Shown here: in pieces, positions 9,825 to 18,228 of the stretch
How positions within the stretch are numbered: the first letter of the stretch is position 1
How the letters are laid out: every line of letters begins with the position of its first letter
IMG/VR virus record: IMGVR_UViG_3300034104_005052
Location: 52,069-72,068 of that record
Source of the DNA: an uncultured virus (IMG/VR IMGVR_UViG_3300034104_005052)
Taxonomy: Duplodnaviria; Heunggongvirae; Uroviricota; Caudoviricetes
Length of the DNA stretch: 20,000 nt
Reading direction: 5' to 3' (one strand)
Position numbers and translations under genes: made by a program
The notes under the pieces: model-generated
What the model saw: only the letters and a program-made list of their open reading frames with translations
Told to the model about the DNA's origin: nothing
The model's database searches: none

Positions 9825-12800
9825 ATGGCATTTAGCGCACTACCAATTCAAGGGGGCGGATCCAGTGACGGACGCTCCATCAGAAACACTATCACGCAAG
9901 TCGGCCACTCCTTTCAGCCAGGAATGGTTGTCAGGCGTGATAGTGCTACTGGTTTATATGTTGTTGCCAGAGCAAATACTATAGCAAACTCAAACTCATG
10001 CGGTATAGTTGAGTCTGTTACTGCAAACACATTTGTTCTTGTTTACCAGGGAGAAATGGATTTTGGTTCTGCTACAATATCAATTGATGACGGTTCGACT
10101 AGTTTAACAAATGGTTTTGTGTACTATCTTTCACCTGGTAGTGGTACACAGGGCTATCTGACACCTACTGCACCTACTGATCAGTCAGCAATTTATCATC
10201 CTCTTTTTGTAGCAACTGCAAATAAAAACGGATTAGTAATTAATGCATTACCTAGACCAGGTGGTGGCGGTGGAGAAGGATCTTCTCTTTTCACACCTGT
10301 CGGCTCTATAATTTCTTGGGGCGGCAAGGCAAATGAAGTTCCTCAAAATTGGATGTTGTGTGCTGGTGATGCACTAGGCAAGAGCGAATATTCTACGCTT
10401 TATAGCAAGATAGGCGATTCATATAAGATAATTGGTTTGGAAAATGCAATTTCAACTGGAGTAACGGCTAATGATAGACTCAGTTTGAAGTTCATTGAGG
10501 AACTTGAAGATAAACCAGCAGCGGGTCCGGGAAGCAGTAATATACACAATATTGTTGTCGGATCAAAATATAAACTGAGTTGGAATGCAGATGACAGCAT
10601 TGTTGTTGCAGATGTTGTTGCCATTGATGACCCCAATAAAACTGTTACATTTAGATATATCAATGACCATCCAGATACTACAACCGCTCACACATCAACT
10701 CGTTTTGGTGATTTGAGCGGTGGAGTCGTATCAACAATTACAGTTCAATCTCTAGCACATGGAGAAGTGACTGGAATTACTAGTGACTATTTCTTCGTTC
10801 CTGATCTTCGTGCTAGAACCATATTCGGAGTAGGATCAAGTGTTGGATTGACTTCAACGGGATTTAGTCGTGGTGACATTGCAGGATCTCAAACGCATCT
10901 TCTTACAGAAGATGAAATGCCGAGTCACTCACACGACAGTAAAGTCACCTCTACTACCACATCAGCAGGATCATACTATTTAAATGTTGCCGCAGGACAA
11001 CCCACACAAGCCGCTACATTCCAATCAACTTTAGCATCTTCAGAAGTAACAGGTAGTGATGATGCGTTTAGCATCTTGCCACCTTATGTTTCTTGTAATT
11101 GGATTATTCGTTGGAAAAATCCTGGCGGGATTTTGATAGATGAATGTCTTCCTGGTCCAACCGGTCCAATGGGAAATACAGGTAATACTGGCCCAACAGG
11201 ACCGCCCGGCCCTCCAGGACCGGGTGGCGGCGGTGGACCTCCTGGTCCTCCTGGTGAAAATGGCAGCAATGGTCCTCCTGGTCCTCCAGGTGAGGCATGT
11301 CCCTGCGAAGCAACAGAAGGGGCTTTCCTTGAGACATCAGTTTTCGTTGGAGAAAACACGATTTATGATGGCAGCAGAATTCCTCCTGTAACATCTACTA
11401 CACTATCTCGTCTCTCGGGATCCGTTAATCATCCTACTAATTGGAATTATTTTACAGATAGACTAACGAACAACAACACACCCTTCTCTCAATTCTTCAA
11501 TGGGGTTCAGCATTTCAATGAAATCAATCCGCAAGAACCTGCTGACCTAACACAACTTGAAAGTTCATATAGATCTGTTTTCGCTATGCCAACTCGGTAT
11601 CAGGAAAGAGATATAAGTAGCACAACCAATTTAATACTGGTTGAGGAAAGAAAAGACGAAAACTCAAAGCAAATGAATTTCGTCTTCTTGCCCGGTGTCT
11701 ATGAGATGGACAAACCCTTCTCAGTATTCGGGACGAGAAAAATAGCAATTGGCGGTGGGCCTGGATCCGTTGTTGAAATCCCGATAAGTCAAGTTGGAAT
11801 TGATTATGCTTATTCTGCCACAGGTGCTACGGAAAACAATCGTTTCTACTTGAAGTGTCTTGCTAGTACAACCGGACACGCAAACCCATTAGTTGCAACG
11901 GGAAATTATGCACTCATTGAAGGTAGACACTTGAGATTCACAAATGTTGTTCCTTTAGGTTACACTGCGGGAACTTCGGTTGGTGGATACACCGGAGCAT
12001 CGGGAGCAACATTCGGTTTCTTGACTTCTTTACTTGGTTCTTATCCTTGCGTTCTCAATGGATGGGCTACAGGGGGATCGAAGAATTCAAGTTTCACCCT
12101 TGAAGTTCCACACAATCCTGTCACTGTGATTGCAACAACTGGTGCTTCACTTCCTCCACTTGGAGTTCCTTATGGGGCAACATTTGGTACAGGTGCAGGA
12201 CAAGCATCTGGATTGTCAGCAATGACAATCATGAAAACCATTTTCCATGTGAATAATGATAATGGATTCTTGGTTGCAGATAGAAACACAAATGTTTATA
12301 TCGGTGGTGGATCAGATACTTTCAATCTCCAACCAATCATGATTGTAAATATTGCGGACCCTGACACAAATGTTGAAGGGAATAGTAAAATAACATCTAA
12401 TTCAGTTGGAATTCAGTCCGCAGGTAATGTGTTTATTGCTGACAGAGTGGGGATTTATGGGTTCCCGACAGCGGTTCATATAACTGATACCGGAAGAGCA
12501 GTTATAAACAAAGCATCTTTTGTAGGTAATTATTCTGCTATTGCATCTGATGGTGGATCTTTATCTGTGAAGGGAGCAATCGTAAATAGAAACGAATTTG
12601 GTGTTTCACTTGCATCGGGAGCAAAAGCAGAAATAAAGGATAGTACTGTTTTTGCTAGAAATGGTGTAGCAATAGTTGCGAATAGTTCAAGAGTATTCTT
12701 AGATGATCCGTCTAAAGATAGTGCTGCCATTATTCGTTCTTCGCCTGCTCTTGTTGCCTTCAACTCAAGTATTAGAGTTGGAAACATAGTTGCTGATGCA

Positions 12801-13172
12801 CCAGTTTCTTGGTTAGGGGCATCGGGACACTCAGGAGGCACAGCACAAGTTTCGGGATCAGGAACATTGCGTCCGAATGAGCCTGGAGTTTCACCGAAAG
12901 ATTATGCGATATTTGCCTCTGGATGTGATTTCACATATCACGATCCGAGTCTTTACGGAGGGAAATCTCAGATCCCAACAATCTCTGCGGTCGCATCGGA
13001 TATTTCTGTTAAAGCAACATCAAGGGATGTTGCCGCCGCAACCATAATTTCTCAAAGGTCTTTCATTAATTTTGACTCAAGTAGTGTGAACACTACGAGT
13101 GCTAGATCCGGACCAAAGAGTACAACTAATATATTCTCAGATAAGTCAACATATTCTCCACCTAAGGTTTAA
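9825..13172 (+). CDS. Tail fibre/spike protein: interrupted tail-collar domain, collagen tract, probable right-handed beta-helix C-terminus
   Basis: 1115 aa. Collar motifs [21 protein letters not shown]...YSTLYSKIG and [15 protein letters not shown]...[11 protein letters not shown]...[11 protein letters not shown]; 16 Gly-X-Y triplets; VFLPGVYE followed by Asn/Gly/aliphatic periodic strands ([24 protein letters not shown]). Confidence 0.8.
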   Translation: MAFSALPIQGGGSSDGRSIRNTITQVGHSFQPGMVVRRDSATGLYVVARANTIANSNSCGIVESVTANTFVLVYQGEMDFGSATISIDDGSTSLTNGFVYYLSPGSGTQGYLTPTAPTDQSAIYHPLFVATANKNGLVINALPRPGGGGGEGSSLFTPVGSIISWGGKANEVPQNWMLCAGDALGKSEYSTLYSKIGDSYKIIGLENAISTGVTANDRLSLKFIEELEDKPAAGPGSSNIHNIVVGSKYKLSWNADDSIVVADVVAIDDPNKTVTFRYINDHPDTTTAHTSTRFGDLSGGVVSTITVQSLAHGEVTGITSDYFFVPDLRARTIFGVGSSVGLTSTGFSRGDIAGSQTHLLTEDEMPSHSHDSKVTSTTTSAGSYYLNVAAGQPTQAATFQSTLASSEVTGSDDAFSILPPYVSCNWIIRWKNPGGILIDECLPGPTGPMGNTGNTGPTGPPGPPGPGGGGGPPGPPGENGSNGPPGPPGEACPCEATEGAFLETSVFVGENTIYDGSRIPPVTSTTLSRLSGSVNHPTNWNYFTDRLTNNNTPFSQFFNGVQHFNEINPQEPADLTQLESSYRSVFAMPTRYQERDISSTTNLILVEERKDENSKQMNFVFLPGVYEMDKPFSVFGTRKIAIGGGPGSVVEIPISQVGIDYAYSATGATENNRFYLKCLASTTGHANPLVATGNYALIEGRHLRFTNVVPLGYTAGTSVGGYTGASGATFGFLTSLLGSYPCVLNGWATGGSKNSSFTLEVPHNPVTVIATTGASLPPLGVPYGATFGTGAGQASGLSAMTIMKTIFHVNNDNGFLVADRNTNVYIGGGSDTFNLQPIMIVNIADPDTNVEGNSKITSNSVGIQSAGNVFIADRVGIYGFPTAVHITDTGRAVINKASFVGNYSAIASDGGSLSVKGAIVNRNEFGVSLASGAKAEIKDSTVFARNGVAIVANSSRVFLDDPSKDSAAIIRSSPALVAFNSSIRVGNIVADAPVSWLGASGHSGGTAQVSGSGTLRPNEPGVSPKDYAIFASGCDFTYHDPSLYGGKSQIPTISAVASDISVKATSRDVAAATIISQRSFINFDSSSVNTTSARSGPKSTTNIFSDKSTYSPPKV
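11154..11297 (+). repeat. Collagen-like (Gly-X-Y)16 coding repeat
   Basis: [48 protein letters not shown], in unbroken register; locally GC-rich DNA with repeated GGTCCTCCT. Confidence 0.95.
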
Positions 13173-13175
13173 CGC

Positions 13176-13718
13176 ATGGCATCTTTCAAACAAATCGGCA
13201 ATAAAATATTCATAGATGGGTTGGAGATTCCATTTGAAGTTTTTAAAATTCTTGAGCCAAACTATAACCCTCAGTCGGGTATGGAGGCTTTGAATTATAA
13301 TGGTGAAGTTTTGGTAGTTCGCACAAATGGAATAACAAGCACTATTAGTGGAAAATGGAAAGACGGTGAGAGATACATTCAAAGGAAGAAAGATTTTATT
13401 TCTCTCCTAGGAATGCTCCGAAAAGAAGACAGCGAGGTTAACGAAGAAGTAAATGCAATTACTGATCCTTCTGGATGTAGGAAAAACGCATTTCCGAACA
13501 TTGATGAACTCGTAGTCGCTCTATGGGAACACATAGTTGAAAAAAAGAGCCTAAATGATTCTGGAATAGATGAACTTCAGATGAAGAGGATTAGTGTAAA
13601 GGATAAATACCCTCTGAAGGAGACATCGAATGCCAGCGATAAACTCACGGGAGAAACTGAAGGATTACTGCCTAAGGGCACTCGGCGCACCCGTAGTCGA
13701 AATAAACATAGCGGATGA
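13176..13718 (+). CDS. Hypothetical protein, probable fibre-associated/assembly protein
   Basis: 180 aa, starting 3 nt after the fibre stop. RKNAFPNIDELVVALW...KRISVKDKYP resembles the R..YP.I..QL..LW...VK.KYP motif of small proteins found next to phage fibre genes. The last 89 nt overlap gp13. Confidence 0.6.
   Translation: MASFKQIGNKIFIDGLEIPFEVFKILEPNYNPQSGMEALNYNGEVLVVRTNGITSTISGKWKDGERYIQRKKDFISLLGMLRKEDSEVNEEVNAITDPSGCRKNAFPNIDELVVALWEHIVEKKSLNDSGIDELQMKRISVKDKYPLKETSNASDKLTGETEGLLPKGTRRTRSRNKHSG
13603..13609 (+). promoter_or_regulatory. Probable late promoter (ATAAATA) for gp13 and downstream genes
   Basis: TAAATA core 20 nt upstream of the gp13 ATG, followed by SD AAGGAG at 13617-13622. 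It lies inside the upstream ORF. Confidence 0.6.
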
Positions 13719-14466
13719 ACAAATTGAAGATCGTCTTGATGACGCTCTCCGCTTCTTCTCCGAATACCATTTCGATGGTGTTGAAAAAGTATACCTGAAA
13801 TATCAGGTTACTGCTACTGATATCACTCGGGGATATATTGAACTCAAGGCAACAAATAGAAAAGAAATCGGTGGCGGATTAGAAAACGCAGATGCCATAT
13901 TTGACGCTACTGAAGAAGGTAGAACTGATGAAGATGTCTTGGTCGAAAACCTCATAACGAGTGTAACTAGAATATTCCCATTCACTCAGCAGTCGGTCGG
14001 CATGTTCGATATTAGATATCAATATGCACTAAATGATCTTTATACATTTGGAACGATTGATTTAGTTCAATACGATCTAACCCAACAGTACCTCACACTC
14101 CTCAGACAATATTTGTCTCCAGACAAGAGTGTTAGATTTAATAGAGTTCAAAATCGTCTTTACATAGACATGAATTGGTCTCAGCAAGTTGCACCAGGAT
14201 CTTATTTGATTATAGAGTGCTACAGAATATTAGACCCAAGAATTTACCCTGAAATTTATGAAGACAGACTGTTGAAGAGGTATGCAACAGCACTAATGAA
14301 AAAGCAATGGGGCGTTAATCTCAGTAAATATAGCGGAGTCAAATTACCCGGTGATATTACTTTGAGAGGAACTGAGATAGCCCAAGAAGCAACAACAGAA
14401 ATTGAAAATCTTGAAAAAGAAATCATTTCGAAGTACGAACTACCAGCAGATTTTATGATGGGATAA
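13630..14466 (+). CDS. gp13: Neck protein gp13 (T4-like)
   Basis: SREKLKDYCLRALGAPVVEINIADEQIEDRLDDAL..F.EYHFDG and LKRYATALMKKQWGVNLSKYSGVKLPG are gp13 signatures, as is the ELPADFMMG end. Strong SD; syntenic with gp14-18. Confidence 0.95.
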   Translation: MPAINSREKLKDYCLRALGAPVVEINIADEQIEDRLDDALRFFSEYHFDGVEKVYLKYQVTATDITRGYIELKATNRKEIGGGLENADAIFDATEEGRTDEDVLVENLITSVTRIFPFTQQSVGMFDIRYQYALNDLYTFGTIDLVQYDLTQQYLTLLRQYLSPDKSVRFNRVQNRLYIDMNWSQQVAPGSYLIIECYRILDPRIYPEIYEDRLLKRYATALMKKQWGVNLSKYSGVKLPGDITLRGTEIAQEATTEIENLEKEIISKYELPADFMMG

Positions 14467-14467
14467 A

Positions 14468-15361
14468 ATGGCACTTAATCCATACATCAGACTCAACAAT
14501 CAAAACTATCTTCCAGAACAAAATCTGGTTGAGGATCTTACCATTGAAGCAATTAAAATTCATGGTATGGAGATGTATTATATTCCAAGAAGTTTGGTTA
14601 AGCGAGATGATTTATTTGGAGAGTCTCGGTATTCCAAATTCAATACCTTCAAAATGATAGAAATGTACATGGATACAACACAAGCGTTTGAAGGTGGAGA
14701 CACATTCACTAAATTTGGATTTGAAGTCCGTGATAGTGTCAAGTTTACAGTATCAAGAAAAAGATTCATCAGAGAAACAGGAATGCAAAGACCTTTAGAA
14801 GGTGATTTGTTATTCTTACCTCTTAATCGTGGATTATTTGAGATCAAATTTGTTGAACACGAAAACCCGTTTTATCAATTGGGAAAATTATTTTCTTACC
14901 AATTGACATGTGAACTATTCCAGTACAGTGAGGAAGAATTCAATACGGGTGTAAATGAAATAGATGCGATCAACGATGAAACTGGATACAAGGTTGAACT
15001 TACCTTGGGGGGTGTCTATGGAACAGGATCTTTCGCAAAAGGCGACATCGTATATCAATACCAAGACGGTCAAACTACGGGAGGATATGAGGGAGAAACT
15101 GCACGGGCGAAAGTTTACCTATACGACAGCGGAGGGGCTGCGCCGATACTTTCTCTTACCGATGTTTCTGGCAAGTGGTTGTATAGCACAAGTTCGTCAT
15201 TGAAGTATCTTGTGAATAAAGACAATTCACTATACGCAGAGGTCTTTGGTATTAATGATAAGATGGGTATAGGGAATGAGGCTAAAAATAATGAGATTGA
15301 AAACGAATCGTTGGATGTTTTGAACTTTGATGAGAACAATCCGTTCGGAGAATTATTTTAA
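14468..15361 (+). CDS. gp14: Neck protein gp14 (T4-like)
   Basis: MALNPY, EQNLVEDLTIEAIKIHG.EMYYIPR, TKFGFEVRD, RPLEGDLLFLPL..LFEIKFVEHENPFYQLGK...LTCELFQYS, and C-terminal LNFDENNPFG. Confidence 0.95.
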   Translation: MALNPYIRLNNQNYLPEQNLVEDLTIEAIKIHGMEMYYIPRSLVKRDDLFGESRYSKFNTFKMIEMYMDTTQAFEGGDTFTKFGFEVRDSVKFTVSRKRFIRETGMQRPLEGDLLFLPLNRGLFEIKFVEHENPFYQLGKLFSYQLTCELFQYSEEEFNTGVNEIDAINDETGYKVELTLGGVYGTGSFAKGDIVYQYQDGQTTGGYEGETARAKVYLYDSGGAAPILSLTDVSGKWLYSTSSSLKYLVNKDNSLYAEVFGINDKMGIGNEAKNNEIENESLDVLNFDENNPFGELF

Positions 15362-17754
15362 TGACTGACTATTATTACCACAGCACGATTAGAAAAGTTG
15401 TAGTTGCTTTCGCATCTCTGTTCAATGACATTTATATTTCTAGAAAAGATGAAGATGGCAAAGAAATTGAACGATTTAGAGTTCCAATTGCTTATGGACC
15501 AAAACAAAAATTTCTTGCGAGATTAGATAAACTTGGGACTAATTTTGATCAGTCAGTCAAATTGGAAACTTATCTTCCGAGATTATCATTTGAAATATCA
15601 AATTTACAATACGATTCATCAAGGAAGTTAAACACAATCCAAAAGACAATAGGGATTGGTTCAGACAATCAACCATACGCTCGTTATGAACGAGTTCCAT
15701 ACAACATATCATTTACCTTGAGTATAATGTCAAAAACTATGGATGATAATTTACAGATAATGGAACAGATACTTCCGATGTTTGGTCCCGAATTTACATT
15801 CACAATCAAAGCAATTGACCCGACAGACATGGATGTGGATATTCCTTTAGTTTTTTCTTCATCTACTCTCAGCGATGGAGATGATGGTAGTTACGGAGAT
15901 TATGGTACAAGGAAGATCACGGTATCAAACATACAATTTGTGGCTAAGATGTATCTTTATGGTCCTGTGGCAAAACAGAAAATAATCACTGAAACTGATA
16001 TTAGATTAATTGATTCTAAATTTATAGATTCAATGTTAGACCCGCCACCAACATATTCTACCATTAATGCAATACCGATGGTTGGAGTTGATGCACAAGA
16101 GTATAATCCGAATGCTGGACTAGGAGCAACTAATGGAGCAGAAATTTCTATAGTCGGAGGAGATTATGGGGAAACCATATATCTTGCGCCGTCACTATTT
16201 GGAATATCCTCTTTCCGCATGGACGAAAGACAATTTGAATCCCCTACTATAGGTGTTTGGGATAAAATTTCACAAACGATGGCAAATTCTTATGATGTTT
16301 GGAATGTTCGAAGAGGATACAGGATATCTGCATCTGTTGTTGGAAATCCTAGTTCCAAAGAATGGAGAAATTGGTTTATTTTTGCCTGTCAAGTTTTTGG
16401 TTTAAAACCAAGTGGATATGATGAATTATATCCACCAAATGGGAAACTAATCGATCTACCACCAGCAGACTTGAATTTAATACCTGTTTCTTCGTCTTTA
16501 GATTGTAATAATCAAACTGTAGAGTGTTTTGAGTGCGAACAATATTGGAACAAGTATTTCGCCTCAACAGTCAACACGGTCAACACGAATAGAATGCTGA
16601 TAGATCCACAAACTCTTCCACCTGGACCACCAGGAGAAACTGGAAGTTGGTATGGACCAGAATTTGTTGATCCTGCTCGGTTAGATGATATATTTCCGAC
16701 TGATCTTCCTAATTTTCCTGATGAGGAATGGGCAACTCCACTTGGAACCATACCTAAATTTCCATGCTCATTCCCATCAGAATTACCAGAGGGACCACAT
16801 CATCCTAGTCATGATTTCTGGCCTGTTCCACCCGCAGAACTTGTAGCAGCATGTTGTAATGCTGAGATGCAAGATGACCCTACTACATATCCATGTAGAG
16901 GAAGACCATTTGGTGTTTATGGTACGCCTGGCGCACCTTGTATTCTATTATCGCAATGGTGGACTAATTGGCTTGTAAGATTGAACGACTTAAAAGAACA
17001 ATATGTCGATAGGGCAAATCCTGCACTTTTAAATAGAAGATCAAAGTTAGTTCCCGCTTGGATTGTCGATGAGGGATATGTTCCATATGTACCGGCTGAT
17101 CCAACTATTCCTCTAGAGGATCTTGAGCGAAAATACAATTTGTGTAGAGCCTCACGAGGACCACTTATAGATTGTTTTGAGAGTTATCCAAATGATCCTG
17201 ATCGGCCATATCGTCAGCCCGATGTTGGCGATCCAGAATTAGTTCCACTTACACCTCATTGGTGGGATTTTTGGAATGGGAGAATACGAGAATATAATAG
17301 AAGAATAAGAGAAGGTAATCCGTGTCCTTACCCTCTTGAATTGCCAGTCTTGAACTATGTGTGGTTTGCTAGAATGACAACCATAATTTCTCGGTTTTGC
17401 ACCAGTCCTGAGTTTGCGGCTGGGCGTGGACCCTCGCCTTGTGGATTTATGATACAATGTCCTAGTGGATTAATGACTTTTTCTCCTCATGGATTTAGAC
17501 CCGATGGAGTGTCACCACTAACACCAAATGGATGGGGATTAGATGGCATTCCACAGCCAGAGGAATTCTGGAAACCTTGGAGGTATTATCCTGCAAATCA
17601 AAATGGTTGTTTCTTGTGGGTTCAACCGACTCTGACTAATTGCAATACGCTTCCAAATGGCGACTGTCTGTGCCTTAATCCTGAAAATAATGTTTATAGT
17701 GTAGTTCCAAAAGACTTTTGTGGCGGCGCACAACCACAATTAAATCCACAATGA
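15361..17754 (+). CDS. gp15: Tail sheath stabiliser/tail terminator gp15 with a long Cys/Trp/Pro-rich C-terminal extension
   Basis: The first ~260 aa match gp15 (YYYHSTIRKVVVAFASLFNDI, VPIAYGPKQKFLARL, LPRLSFEI..LQYDSSRKLN, VPYNISFTLSI, QIMEQILPMF.P, YLYGPV). The frame continues to 797 aa. TAATG overlap with gp14. Confidence 0.9.
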   Translation: MTDYYYHSTIRKVVVAFASLFNDIYISRKDEDGKEIERFRVPIAYGPKQKFLARLDKLGTNFDQSVKLETYLPRLSFEISNLQYDSSRKLNTIQKTIGIGSDNQPYARYERVPYNISFTLSIMSKTMDDNLQIMEQILPMFGPEFTFTIKAIDPTDMDVDIPLVFSSSTLSDGDDGSYGDYGTRKITVSNIQFVAKMYLYGPVAKQKIITETDIRLIDSKFIDSMLDPPPTYSTINAIPMVGVDAQEYNPNAGLGATNGAEISIVGGDYGETIYLAPSLFGISSFRMDERQFESPTIGVWDKISQTMANSYDVWNVRRGYRISASVVGNPSSKEWRNWFIFACQVFGLKPSGYDELYPPNGKLIDLPPADLNLIPVSSSLDCNNQTVECFECEQYWNKYFASTVNTVNTNRMLIDPQTLPPGPPGETGSWYGPEFVDPARLDDIFPTDLPNFPDEEWATPLGTIPKFPCSFPSELPEGPHHPSHDFWPVPPAELVAACCNAEMQDDPTTYPCRGRPFGVYGTPGAPCILLSQWWTNWLVRLNDLKEQYVDRANPALLNRRSKLVPAWIVDEGYVPYVPADPTIPLEDLERKYNLCRASRGPLIDCFESYPNDPDRPYRQPDVGDPELVPLTPHWWDFWNGRIREYNRRIREGNPCPYPLELPVLNYVWFARMTTIISRFCTSPEFAAGRGPSPCGFMIQCPSGLMTFSPHGFRPDGVSPLTPNGWGLDGIPQPEEFWKPWRYYPANQNGCFLWVQPTLTNCNTLPNGDCLCLNPENNVYSVVPKDFCGGAQPQLNPQ

Positions 17755-17766
17755 GAAAGAGTAATT

Positions 17767-18228
17767 ATGTTGAATTCGAACGATAAAATTTCAGAGGAAT
17801 TGAATATTGCACCTGAATATAGAGAAGAAGTCAATGGATCTGATTCAAGGCAGATAGAAATATCAGGTAAAACTTACAAACCAAATGAAGCCGATGACGA
17901 TTACAATGAAGTCAGAAGAAATCTGAAGGTTGTGATTGAGCAATCCAATAGTGCTATACAGGGGATTCTTGAATTGGCTGAGGACAGTCAGCAACCTAGA
18001 GCATATGAAGTTGTTGCACAATTAATTGGACAGACTCTAGAGGCAAATACACGACTCATCGACTTGCATCGTCGCATGAGAGATATAAAGAAAGAAGACG
18101 GCCCATTAAAAGCAACAAATGTGACTAATAACAGTATTTTTGTTGGCAGCACGGCAGAGTTGCAGAAAATGATAAAGGCTCAACAAAAACAGATAATTGA
18201 TGTGTCCCCAATTCAAGAATCCAAATAA
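17767..18228 (+). CDS. gp16: Terminase small subunit gp16
   Basis: DDDYNEVRRNL, ILELAEDSQQPRAYEVVAQLI and TNNSIFVGSTAELQKMI motifs; directly upstream of and coupled (TAATG) to the large subunit. Confidence 0.92.
   Translation: MLNSNDKISEELNIAPEYREEVNGSDSRQIEISGKTYKPNEADDDYNEVRRNLKVVIEQSNSAIQGILELAEDSQQPRAYEVVAQLIGQTLEANTRLIDLHRRMRDIKKEDGPLKATNVTNNSIFVGSTAELQKMIKAQQKQIIDVSPIQESK

Noticed and set aside
16156..16252. GGAGGAG plus ATG (16166) at the gp15 core/extension junction as a separate gene start
   Set aside because: The ATG is out of frame with the extension and gives only 28 codons; the SD-like run is explained by Gly-Gly-Asp codons. Revisit only if reads show an indel here.
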